Origin: an uncultured delta proteobacterium | Lineage (GTDB): Bacteria > Desulfobacterota > Binatia > UBA9968 | Direction of reading: 5' to 3' | Length of the DNA stretch: 64,000 bases | Assembly: GCA_963840855.1 (NCBI GenBank) | Contig: CAWJBB010000074.1 | Span: forward strand, 1 to 64,000 | Part shown: positions 50,993 through 59,892 of the stretch, piece by piece | Layout: the number at the start of each line of letters is the position of its first letter | Position numbering within the stretch: position 1 is the first letter of the stretch | Notes under the pieces: model-generated | The model's input: the letters and a program-made list of their open reading frames with translations, nothing else | What the model was told of the DNA's origin: nothing | Databases searched by the model: none | Program-made: the position numbers and the translations under genes

Positions 50993-51946
50993 ATGGGTGC
51001 AATCGTTGGCAGCGGTGAATACCGCTACGAGGTCATCGAAGGGTGGGGAAAGCTGCCGGACGGATGGACGTTTCGGGAAGTGGCCGCGGTAGGTGTCGAC
51101 AAAAACGATAACGTTTATTGTTTCACCCGCGGCGACCATCCGGTAATCGTCTTCGACCGCGACGGTAACTTTTTGCGGTCGTGGGGCGAAGGCGTCTTCA
51201 AGCGCGCCCACGGCGCCACTATCGGTGCCGATGACACCATCTATCTCACCGATGACGGCGACCACACAGTGCGTAAATGTACTCTGGATGGCAAAGTTCT
51301 GTTGACGTTGGGCGTGCCTGGTCACGCTGCGCCGTACCAGGGCGGCGAGCCTTTCAACCGCTGCACCCACGTGGCGTTCTCGCCCGGGGGCGATATCTAC
51401 GTTTCCGACGGCTATGGCAACTCGCGCGTGCACAAGTATTCGCCCGATGGCAAGCTGCTCTTTTCCTGGGGCGAGCCGGGCTGCGATCCAGGGCAGTTCA
51501 ATATCGTGCATAATATCTGCACCGATAAGGAGGGATGGGTGTACGTCGCCGACCGGGAGAATCACCGCGTTCAAGTCTTCGCCGGCAATGGCAAATACGA
51601 GACGCAGTGGAATAACATGCACCGGCCTTGCGCGCTCTACATGGATGTTACGAAAAAAGACCCCGTCTGTTACGTCGGCGAGTTGGGACCCGGCATGAGC
51701 GTGAACCAGCAGGCTCCCAACCTGGGCAATCGGCTCGATATTTACGATAAGACTGGCAAACGATTGGCGCGGCTGGGCGATATCTTTCCCGGCGAGAAGC
51801 CCGGGCAGTTTATCGCGCCGCATGGTATCGCCCTGGACTCCCGCGGCGATGTGTACGTCGCCGAGGTGTCGTGGACGATCATGGGTCAGCGTTTGCAGCC
51901 GCCGCGGGAGCTACGCAGTCTGCAGAAGCTGAAAAAGCTGAATTAA
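50993..51946 (+). CDS. NHL-repeat protein (peptidyl-alpha-hydroxyglycine alpha-amidating lyase-like)
   Basis: Repeated NHL motifs: IYVSDGYGNSRVHK, PGQFNIVH, VYVADRENHRVQVF, FIAPHGIALDS.GDVYV.EV. Confidence 0.88.
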   Translation: MGAIVGSGEYRYEVIEGWGKLPDGWTFREVAAVGVDKNDNVYCFTRGDHPVIVFDRDGNFLRSWGEGVFKRAHGATIGADDTIYLTDDGDHTVRKCTLDGKVLLTLGVPGHAAPYQGGEPFNRCTHVAFSPGGDIYVSDGYGNSRVHKYSPDGKLLFSWGEPGCDPGQFNIVHNICTDKEGWVYVADRENHRVQVFAGNGKYETQWNNMHRPCALYMDVTKKDPVCYVGELGPGMSVNQQAPNLGNRLDIYDKTGKRLARLGDIFPGEKPGQFIAPHGIALDSRGDVYVAEVSWTIMGQRLQPPRELRSLQKLKKLN

Positions 51947-52200
51947 TTTAACCGCAAAGAACCTAGCGCGGCAGAGCCGTAACCGAAACTCGGATTATCT
52001 CGCGCAAAGACGCAAAGGCCGCAAAGGTCGGAAAATAACGGTGAAAAATTCTCCAAGATAATTCATCTCTTCCCTCCGAACTTGGCGTGCTTTGCGCCTT
52101 GGCGGGAGTCAATTCCCTGTGTTCGAGTATTCCAGATCACCGGAAAATTTGCGCGAGCCGCGAAAAAAATGTGGGCATCGAGCACACAAAACGCAAAAAA
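51945..52200. repeat. Composite repeat: ~34-bp inverted arms built of CGCAAAG units inside an AACCGCAAAG 9-mer repeat
   Basis: Arms 51999-52032 and 52075-52108 are imperfect reverse complements; start AATTTAACCGCAAAG is shared with 6422-6436. Confidence 0.7.
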
Positions 52201-52219
52201 CAACGATTCGAGGTGAATC

Positions 52220-53032
52220 ATGCAGAGCAACGTCATTCAGCAGCGCGTGCCGGTCCACGGCGACCCGGGCCACTGGGTTCACGTCAGCGACAGTCCGCGC
52301 CACGTTCGGGTATTCTTTGGTGGTGAAACGATTGCCAACAGCAAACGAGTCAAACTCGTTCGCGAACCTGAGGTTTTGCCGGCTTATTATTTCCCCAAGG
52401 AAGATGTCCGCACGGAACTTTTCGTGCCGAGCCGGCACAACACGATTTGTCCGCAAAAGGGCGAAGCATCGTACTGGTCGATTCGATCCGGAAACAAATC
52501 GGCTGAGAACGCCGCATGGAGTTATTTGAACCCGTCGTCGCCGGCGGCTGGCATCAAGGACTATTTCGCCTTTGATTGGGCCCAGATGGACAAGTGGATG
52601 GAAGAGGATGAGGAGATATTCAAGCATGCGCGCGACCCGTTCAAACGGGTGGACGCGCTGCCGAGCAAACGTCACGTCCGCGTGGTCATCGATGGACAAA
52701 CCGTCGCGGAGACGCGCCGGCCCTGTCTGCTTTTCGAGACGAACCACCCCGTGCGCTACTACATCCCGCAAGACGACGTGCGCATGGATTTGCTCACGGC
52801 GAGCGCGACCACGTCGCGCTGCCCCTATAAAGGACCGGCGTCTTACTGGTCGGTGAATCTCGGCGGCGAGACGTTTGCCGACTTGGTCTGGGGCTACATG
52901 GAGCCGATTCCCGAATGTCCAAAAATCAAAGGCCTGCTCTGTTTCTTTCACGAGCGCGGCTGTGACATCTACGTCGATGGCGAGCTGATGGCGCGGCCAC
53001 AAACGAAGTGGGCGCACGATTTGCGAGAGTAA
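52220..53032 (+). CDS. Tandem DUF427 domain protein
   Basis: Two repeats of YY.P..DVR..L ... CP.KG.ASYWS ... W.Y..P; linker HARDPFKRVD; SD GAGGTG. Confidence 0.9.
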   Translation: MQSNVIQQRVPVHGDPGHWVHVSDSPRHVRVFFGGETIANSKRVKLVREPEVLPAYYFPKEDVRTELFVPSRHNTICPQKGEASYWSIRSGNKSAENAAWSYLNPSSPAAGIKDYFAFDWAQMDKWMEEDEEIFKHARDPFKRVDALPSKRHVRVVIDGQTVAETRRPCLLFETNHPVRYYIPQDDVRMDLLTASATTSRCPYKGPASYWSVNLGGETFADLVWGYMEPIPECPKIKGLLCFFHERGCDIYVDGELMARPQTKWAHDLRE

Positions 53033-53048
53033 ATCGCACTCCGAGGCC

Positions 53049-54000
53049 ATGCGCGCGCTCTACTGGAATGGTTGTAATCTAGAATTCGAATCCGCTTACC
53101 GCACGCCCGTGGCCGCCGGCCAAATCGCGCTAGTCAAGGTTCACCTCGCCGGCATCTGCTCCACCGATCTGCAAATCTTCAAGGGCTACATGGGGTTTAC
53201 GGGCGTGCCCGGCCACGAATTCGTCGGCAGCGTTGTTGAAGGACCGCAAGAGCTCATCGGCAAGCGGGTTGTCGGAGAGATCAATTTTGGCTGCGGTCGC
53301 TGTGACTCTTGTGCCCGTGGCCTGAGCCGACATTGCCCGAACAGAACCGTAATGGGGATTCTCAACGCCGACGGCGCATTTGCGGAGTACGTTTCTGTAC
53401 CGCCGGCGAATCTTCACGTCGTCCCCGATTCGGTGGGCGACGAAGAAGCGGTGTTCACCGAGCCGCTGGCGGCGGCGTTCGAGATCCTCGAGCAGGTTCA
53501 AGTGTGCCATGGCGACGAGGTTCTTGTTTTAGGCGACGGCAAGCTCGGTAATCTGTGCGCCCAGGTGATGCACCTTGCGAGCTCCCGGGTGACGGTACTG
53601 GGAAAACACGAAGACAAACTCAACCTTCTTAAACGCCTCGGCCTGCGGACGATCCGATTGGACAATTGGCGGCCCAAGCAATTCGATGTCGTCGTCGAAG
53701 CGACGGGTTCGGCATCAGGTCTGGAATTTGCGCTCAGCGCGATTCGCCCGCGCGGCACGCTGGTGCTCAAAAGCACCATCGCCGGCGATCATCAAGTGTC
53801 GCTGGCGCCGATCGTGATCAACGAAATCAACGTCATCGGCTCCCGCTGCGGCCCATTCGCGCCGGCCCTTGAAGCCTTAAAGGAAAGGCGCATCGCCGTG
53901 ACGCCGTTGATCTGAGAAAATCTATCCATTGGCGGAGGGAACCGATGCCGTGGCCACGCGGCGCAGGCGCGGGGCGAAAAAGATTTTGTTGCAGCCGTGA
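53049..54000 (+). CDS. Zinc-binding MDR alcohol dehydrogenase family; C-terminus disrupted by indels near 53913-53970
   Basis: GICSTD, GHEFVG, C..C..C.......C structural Zn site, GDGKLG; continuation EKIYPLAEG...GAKKILLQP* beyond the called stop. Confidence 0.85.
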
Positions 54001-54057
54001 TCTATGTGAGGGTGAATTCACTATAAAGGTGGAGGATGAAATGGTGCGAATTGTGGC

Positions 54058-54816
54058 TCATGCGTGGGAGATCTGCGAATTGAGCTTCTCAAAGAACTCG
54101 CCAATAGCGCCGTTGTAAACAAAGTCAGCGAGATCATCCAGCGGCGTCGCATCGCGGTTGATGATGGCCAGCAGCGCGCCGCTGCGTTTGGCGATCACGG
54201 GAAAAGAAGCGGCGGGCTGGACTTGGAGCGATGAGCCGATGACACTGAATATCTCTGCCCGCTCGCTCCACGCTTGCGCTCTTTGCATTGCTTCCACCGG
54301 CATCGATTGGCCGAAAGACACGTTGGCGGATTTCAAATAACCGCCACATTCGCCGCAAGTGGGAGCGGTGAATTCCTCGCCCAAGTGTTCATAAACGTCG
54401 ACCGGCTCGTAGCGCTTGCCGCACTTGAGGCAGGTGACCAACCGGTCGGTGCCGTGAAGCTCGACTAACTTTTCATCCGATATACCGGCGAGTTTGTGCA
54501 GCCCGTCGATGTTTTGCGTGATCAGTCCGAGCAGCTGGCCGCGCTGCTCGAAATCGCGGATCGCATAGTGGCCGATGTTCGGCTCGACTGTTTTGAAAAG
54601 CTCGTAGGTCGCTTTCTTCAAGCGCCAATGCTGAACGCGCGCGGCTTCGCTGGCGAGAAAGTCCTGGAACAGCACGGGCTGATACTTGGTCCAGACTCCA
54701 CCCGGGCTGCGAAAGTCGGGGACACCGGATTCCGTGCTGATGCCCGCGCCGGTGAAGAAGACAATGGCCCTGGAGTTTTTTACACGCGCGGCAAATTGAG
54801 CCAGGTCCATCGCCAT
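54058..54816 (-). CDS. cobB: Sir2-family NAD-dependent protein deacylase
   Basis: TGAGISTESGVPDFR, ITQNIDGLH, ELHG, two CxxC, GSSL.V.PAA, IN...TPLD. Confidence 0.92.
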   Translation of the reverse strand: MAMDLAQFAARVKNSRAIVFFTGAGISTESGVPDFRSPGGVWTKYQPVLFQDFLASEAARVQHWRLKKATYELFKTVEPNIGHYAIRDFEQRGQLLGLITQNIDGLHKLAGISDEKLVELHGTDRLVTCLKCGKRYEPVDVYEHLGEEFTAPTCGECGGYLKSANVSFGQSMPVEAMQRAQAWSERAEIFSVIGSSLQVQPAASFPVIAKRSGALLAIINRDATPLDDLADFVYNGAIGEFFEKLNSQISHA

Positions 54817-54824
54817 GACGCGCG

Positions 54825-55415
54825 CTATTTTTTCTGCGCGGGTTCGGCCGGCTTTGCCGGCGCGGCCGGAGCAGAGGGGCGCATCGGTTGCGGCGGCGGC
54901 GCAGCCTGTATGTCGACAACCTTTATATCGAAGACCAGCGTTTTGCCGGCCATCGGATGGTTCATGTCCATAACTACGGTTTTTTCTTTGATTTCATGGA
55001 CGCGCATCGGAACGACTTGGCCCTCCGGACTTTTGGCCGCCAGAATCGCGCCGACCTTGAGGCCATTAGGAGGCAGTTTTTCTTTGGGGACCTCCTGAAA
55101 GGCGTTCTTGTTAACAGGCCCGTAGGCGTCCTCAGGTTTGACGGTCACATGTTTTTCGCCGCCGACTTTCATGCCGGTGAGCTCCTTTTCGAGCCCGGGG
55201 ATCATCATCTTCTGGCCGTGGACGTACTTGATCGGCTCTTTCCCTTTGCTCGTTTCGATCACTTTGCCGTCCGTCCCTTTGAGCGTGTATTCCACGCTGA
55301 CCATCATGCCGTCTTTGACGGTCCGGTCATCTTTGGTTTTCTCCGCGGCTGGCGCGGCGGTCGCTAGCACGCAGCACGCCATCAGCGCGGCGAGAGACAA
55401 AACTTTTTTGTGCAT
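54825..55415 (-). CDS. SlyD-like FKBP-type peptidyl-prolyl isomerase with signal peptide
   Basis: Signal peptide ending APA; VS.EYTL, IPGLEK.L.GMKVG, PEDAYG, DMNHP.AGKTL.F; Pro/Ala tail. Confidence 0.9.
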   Translation of the reverse strand: MHKKVLSLAALMACCVLATAAPAAEKTKDDRTVKDGMMVSVEYTLKGTDGKVIETSKGKEPIKYVHGQKMMIPGLEKELTGMKVGGEKHVTVKPEDAYGPVNKNAFQEVPKEKLPPNGLKVGAILAAKSPEGQVVPMRVHEIKEKTVVMDMNHPMAGKTLVFDIKVVDIQAAPPPQPMRPSAPAAPAKPAEPAQKK

Positions 55416-55509
55416 CAAGTTCTCCTTTAGATTCTTTTGCAGCAGCAACGCGATGTAGCAAGTTTATACGCTGGAACGCGCGAACACAACGAAGTTTGAT
55501 CGACCTTAG

Positions 55510-56508
55510 TTAGTATTTGGCAATCACGCGCCGGCCCCAAGCCTCCATGACTTCGTCATAGATTGCGTTGGGCGGTGTTAATAAAACGCGCCGGATGCCG
55601 TTGGCTTCCAACCGTTTGACTTTGGCGATGCATTCGTCCGGCGTGCCGGCGATGGTAAAGCGCTCCAGAAGATAGCCGGTTACCAGCTCGGGGTCGACCC
55701 GCTCTTCAATTGATCTCGAGATGTCGAAACCGTCCATGAATTTTTGCACGCCTGCGACTTCCTTTTCGGGCACGGTTTCCATAGTGAAGCGAAAATTGTG
55801 GTGCGCGCGATTGGCCATGCGCGAGCGCACGCGCTTGCGCGCGAAATCGCCGTCGTCATCCACCACGATCATACCGGCGGGCATGATGTCTATGTCCGAC
55901 GGCGAGCGGCCGGCTTCCCTGGCTCCTGCGGCTATGCGCGCTTCGGCCCACTCCAGAACGTCCCGGTCGAAACCGGTGCCGAGTATGACTCCGTCAGAGA
56001 TACGCCCGGCGACGCGCAGAGTCTTCGGCCCTTCGGCGGAGATGTAAACCGGCACGGGACCCCTGCCGGCCTTGAGCTTGACGTTGCCGCCGGCCCGCTC
56101 TTTGCCCGTCGGTACATCAACGCCGCGGCCGTGCAAGAGATCGCGGATGAGGCGCAGCCCCTTTTCGAAATCTACGAGTTTGGTCGCCGTTCGTCCGAGG
56201 CTATACACCGGTCCGTCGCCGGTGCCCATGCCAACGATGGCGCGGCCGTCGGATATTTCGTTCAGCGTGGCGAAAGAATTGGCGACAATAGAGGGGTCGC
56301 GATAGACAATGTTGGTCACCGCAGTGCCGAAGAGGATCCTTTTCGTATTGACCGCGCACATCGCCATGGCCTGAAAAGGATCGACGTTGTTCATCTGGCT
56401 GTCGGCAAAAAAGATCGCTTCGAAGCCAAGCTCTTCGGCGCGTTTGGCGCGGGCCACCGCTTCCCGAACGGTGCGCGCGGAACCATGTAAGCAGAAATTC
56501 ATCGCCAT
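55510..56508 (-). CDS. LLM-class flavin-dependent oxidoreductase
   Basis: AEELGF..I..ADSQ, GTAVTN...R.P, SDGR...G.G.GD, PVYI.A.GPKTL..AG...DGVI, IAGTP; SD GAGGAGG. Confidence 0.9.
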   Translation of the reverse strand: MAMNFCLHGSARTVREAVARAKRAEELGFEAIFFADSQMNNVDPFQAMAMCAVNTKRILFGTAVTNIVYRDPSIVANSFATLNEISDGRAIVGMGTGDGPVYSLGRTATKLVDFEKGLRLIRDLLHGRGVDVPTGKERAGGNVKLKAGRGPVPVYISAEGPKTLRVAGRISDGVILGTGFDRDVLEWAEARIAAGAREAGRSPSDIDIMPAGMIVVDDDGDFARKRVRSRMANRAHHNFRFTMETVPEKEVAGVQKFMDGFDISRSIEERVDPELVTGYLLERFTIAGTPDECIAKVKRLEANGIRRVLLTPPNAIYDEVMEAWGRRVIAKY

Positions 56509-56537
56509 CGCTTCCTCCTCCACTGGATGGGGAAAGC

Positions 56538-57815
56538 CTATGGGGTAGCTCGCAGCGATGTCAACTGGCGCGCCTCCCAACGGGTGCATGCGTGAATTGC
56601 AAAACCGGAAATGATGTAGCAGAGGAGACAACCCGTAAACGGCCAGGCGTAGGAGCCAGTGATATCGAAGACGTAGCCGCCCAACCACGACCCAAAGGCA
56701 CTGCCAAAACCAAAACTGATTTCGAGAAAACCGAAGATGAGGCCGATTTTTCGGCCGGAGAAAATGTCGCCGATGACGGCGCCATACGTGGGACTGCCAG
56801 CGCTATGGCCGGTGCCGTAAAGCACCACTGCGAAATAGATCAACCAGGGCGGTGCGCCGGTGCTCATGGCAACCAAGCAAGCGACGCCTAGAGCGGTGAC
56901 TGCGGTGGCGACGCCATAGGCGTTGTCGCGTCCAAGGCGGTCGGAGAGCGTTCCCCAGACTACAGTCGCGCCTATCCTGATGAAACCGATCAAACCTAAA
57001 TAGAAGGATGCGGTCAGTTTTTCAATACCGACGGAAACGAAGTGCGCGATGGCGTGGGTATTGATCATGAACATCGCGCTGCCTAGGGCCAGGTGGCCGA
57101 CCGTGACGCACCAGAATGGAAAGGACATGAGCGCTTCGCGCAAACTCCAATCGCGGGCGCCTTCTCGTTTATGGCCGTAATTGCCCTCGAAGGTGCTTGC
57201 CGATGGCGCGGCGTCGCCGTCGGGAAATTGCCCGACATCCTCCGGGCTGCGCCGCTGCAGCAGCGCGTTGGCGGGAACCAGGGCGAACAGTAATAAACCG
57301 CCCGTCACGATATAGGTCCAGCGCCAGCCGACATGATCGATCAATAACTGTGTCAGCGGCACCATCACGAGCGCGCCTAAACCCTGACCCATGCTAGCGA
57401 CGCCTATGGCGGTGGCGCGTTTGCGCACGAACCAAAAGGAGATGAGAGCGTTGTGGCCGACGAAGCTGAGCGCGCCTTGGCCCAGAGCGGTGATTAAACC
57501 GTAGGAGAAATAGAAGTCCCACAAAGAATTTGCAATAGATGACAAACCCAGACCGGCGCCGACGAGAAATGCGCCGATAGGCATGAGCAGGCGCGGACCG
57601 AAGCGATCGAAGGCGAGACCGACCAGCGGTGCGGCGAGCGCGTAGACGACGAAATTGACCGACGCAACGGTGGCGCCGTCACTGCGCGACCAAGAAAACT
57701 CTTCCAGTAGCGCGAGATAGTAAACGCCGAAGGAGCCGTTCACGCCGCGCATCGCGACCATATTGGCGAGGCAAAGCGCGAGAATGACGTAGCCGTAGAA
57801 AAACTTGGGACGCAT
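56538..57815 (-). CDS. MFS transporter (OFA/MCT-like)
   Basis: 12-TM pattern; DRFGPR and SDRLGR motif A; WF..KR.TA.G; GY.FD.TGSY. Confidence 0.9.
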   Translation of the reverse strand: MRPKFFYGYVILALCLANMVAMRGVNGSFGVYYLALLEEFSWSRSDGATVASVNFVVYALAAPLVGLAFDRFGPRLLMPIGAFLVGAGLGLSSIANSLWDFYFSYGLITALGQGALSFVGHNALISFWFVRKRATAIGVASMGQGLGALVMVPLTQLLIDHVGWRWTYIVTGGLLLFALVPANALLQRRSPEDVGQFPDGDAAPSASTFEGNYGHKREGARDWSLREALMSFPFWCVTVGHLALGSAMFMINTHAIAHFVSVGIEKLTASFYLGLIGFIRIGATVVWGTLSDRLGRDNAYGVATAVTALGVACLVAMSTGAPPWLIYFAVVLYGTGHSAGSPTYGAVIGDIFSGRKIGLIFGFLEISFGFGSAFGSWLGGYVFDITGSYAWPFTGCLLCYIISGFAIHACTRWEARQLTSLRATP

Positions 57816-57823
57816 GAAGAGAA

Positions 57824-57885
57824 TTGGAGTGTGGCGTGTTGGAGTATTGGGTCTTATTGCATTACTCCATCATGCCATTACTCCA
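57824..57885. repeat. Octamer-periodic inverted repeat (TGGAGTRN)n...(NYACTCCA)n
   Basis: TGGAGTG TGGCGTGT TGGAGTAT TGGG ... CATTACTC CATCATGC CATTACTC CA. Confidence 0.7.
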
Positions 57886-57906
57886 GATCTTAAGGATTCC
57901 GTGCGG

Positions 57907-58467
57907 CTATCGCGTCTCCGCGGCTTTGATGTCTTTGACCTTGACGTCGAAGTTGAGAGTTTTACCCGCCAGCGGATGATTGAAATCCACGACCACGGTG
58001 GTGCCGGTTATTTTGTGAACCCGGATGGGTATCATGCGCCCGTCTGGACTCTTAGTCATGAGCATGGCGCCGACCTTTTGCGCGTCCGGTGGAATGTTAT
58101 CCTTGGGGAGTTCTCGAAATGCTTTTTCATCCGGCAGCCCGTAGCCCTCTTCGGGCCTCACCTGGACTTTCTTTTGGTCGCCGACTTTGAGACCGTTCAG
58201 TGCTTGCTCCAGTCCCGGCACGATCTGGCCGGCGCCATGAATATAGGTCATGGGTTCCTTGCCCGCGCTGGCATCGATAACCGCACCCGTATTGTCCGTA
58301 AGAGTATATTCGATGGTAACGATGGCGCCTTCTTGAATCTCGGTGGCTGGCTTCAAACTGAAACGGGGAGTCGCCTGACCCGTAATGGGGACGGAAAGTT
58401 GGGTAAGAAAAAACAGCGCGCCCAAGACCGCGCCGCTGATGACCAGCAGTCCCAAGAGTTTTTTCAT
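57907..58467 (-). CDS. SlyD-like FKBP-type peptidyl-prolyl isomerase with N-terminal TM/signal segment
   Basis: MKKLLGLLV...; VTIEYTL, IVPGLEQAL.GLKVG, PEEGYG, DFNHPLAGKTLNF. Confidence 0.9.
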   Translation of the reverse strand: MKKLLGLLVISGAVLGALFFLTQLSVPITGQATPRFSLKPATEIQEGAIVTIEYTLTDNTGAVIDASAGKEPMTYIHGAGQIVPGLEQALNGLKVGDQKKVQVRPEEGYGLPDEKAFRELPKDNIPPDAQKVGAMLMTKSPDGRMIPIRVHKITGTTVVVDFNHPLAGKTLNFDVKVKDIKAAETR

Positions 58468-58683
58468 TGAGTCCTTTCGACTCAAGACTGCGTTGCCGGG
58501 ACCAATGTAACCCGGTTTGCCCTTCTCAATTTACATATCTTGGGAATGCGTCGAATTCAAATGATACGGCATTGTGGCCACAGGTGAGAAAAGGATTTGA
58601 CCACAAGGAATACTGCTCGCAGCCGGTGCCGCCGCACTAGCCCGAGATTCGAGCACGATTAGGCTTCTTCAGCGCAGCCTGCG

Positions 58684-59607
58684 CTACAGCAACCGTTCCT
58701 GCACGGCCGCGCCGTTCCACAGGATGCCGTTGTCGAAGGGGCGGTACAGCTTATTTTCTATCTCGGACACCAGTTGATCCTTTTCACGTAGCTCGGCGAT
58801 GATTGTTTGCGATTCGGCGGCGAGCTGCTGCATCATTTGAGCCACGGTGTGCTCGCAAGATGCGGCAGCTTGCAACGCGGCCTCTTTTTCGCGAAGTTCG
58901 GCTTCTTTAGCCTCCAGATTGTTATTGGCGGTTTGCAATCGTCTTTCCAGGGCGCCGATGGTCATGCGCGATTCTTCGTCCAGCTGTCTCAGCGCGGCAT
59001 CTTTGCCCTGAAGTAAATCCTCCATGGCTGTGAGCTCGTCGCGCAGTTCAATCATTTTGCCTTGCTGATGCTCGGCGAAGTCGCGAAAGCGCGTCTCGGC
59101 TTGCTTCATCGCCGTTGCCGCCTCATTGAGCCGCAGATTGAGGCCGTCGATTTCGCCGAGAAGCCCTCTTGAGCGCGTGTGGCAATTTTCCAATTGCGCG
59201 TCTTTGTCGCGCAAAATAATTTGCAACGATTCGATCTTCTCCATGGCGAGGGCCTCGCGTTCGCGCAGCGCCCGGTCGCGCGCGTCGAGGGCTTCGTTTT
59301 TTTCTTTGAGCTGAAGCCGCAAGTTGATCAGCTCGACTCCGGCCATCTCTTCGACCTGAGCGGAGTGTTGCGCTTCGCGCACGGCCGTATCGCAGGCGCG
59401 GTCAGTCAGCGATTTGATTTCGTGGAGCAGTCCGCGAAGCAAATTTGCCTGGGTATCCAATTCCCGGGGAGGCGCCAAGCCAAGCTCTGGTTGGGTACTC
59501 TCGCCCCGAGCCTTTGCTTTCTCGGCTTCGGTGTAAACGAATTTGATCTCGGCGTCGTTGAAATAGAGTAACTCTGTAACGTCAATGTGAATGCTTTCGT
59601 CAAACAT
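58684..59607 (-). CDS. Hypothetical coiled-coil protein
   Basis: E/L/K/R/A-rich heptad pattern over most of the length; AAGGAG upstream of ATG 59607. Confidence 0.7.
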   Translation of the reverse strand: MFDESIHIDVTELLYFNDAEIKFVYTEAEKAKARGESTQPELGLAPPRELDTQANLLRGLLHEIKSLTDRACDTAVREAQHSAQVEEMAGVELINLRLQLKEKNEALDARDRALREREALAMEKIESLQIILRDKDAQLENCHTRSRGLLGEIDGLNLRLNEAATAMKQAETRFRDFAEHQQGKMIELRDELTAMEDLLQGKDAALRQLDEESRMTIGALERRLQTANNNLEAKEAELREKEAALQAAASCEHTVAQMMQQLAAESQTIIAELREKDQLVSEIENKLYRPFDNGILWNGAAVQERLL

Positions 59608-59892
59608 TGCGCCTTCTCCTTTTTGGCCGTGCAATTTACCGGCGTAGCGCCGAGTCAAAGCTTGCCGTAGCAAAGTGTATTCCATCGAGGCCCCCTGCGA
59701 GGCTTTGCGATTCCACGAGGTAATTCAAGGGCGAACAGGGGCAGGTAGGGGTATTAGAAATGGAAAATAGGAATTTTCTTGACGGCGCTGCCAGTTGTTT
59801 GACACTCGGGCAATGCGGCCGTGGAAAAAATTCCCTGCGGGACGTTGTAACGTATGCCGCCGTGTTGCGAAATTGAAATCGCCGTAATGCGT

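Noticed and set aside
53910-53918. TGA as selenocysteine or readthrough in the MDR dehydrogenase
   Set aside because: The C-terminus continues in a different frame (EKIYPL), so a one-base insertion explains it.
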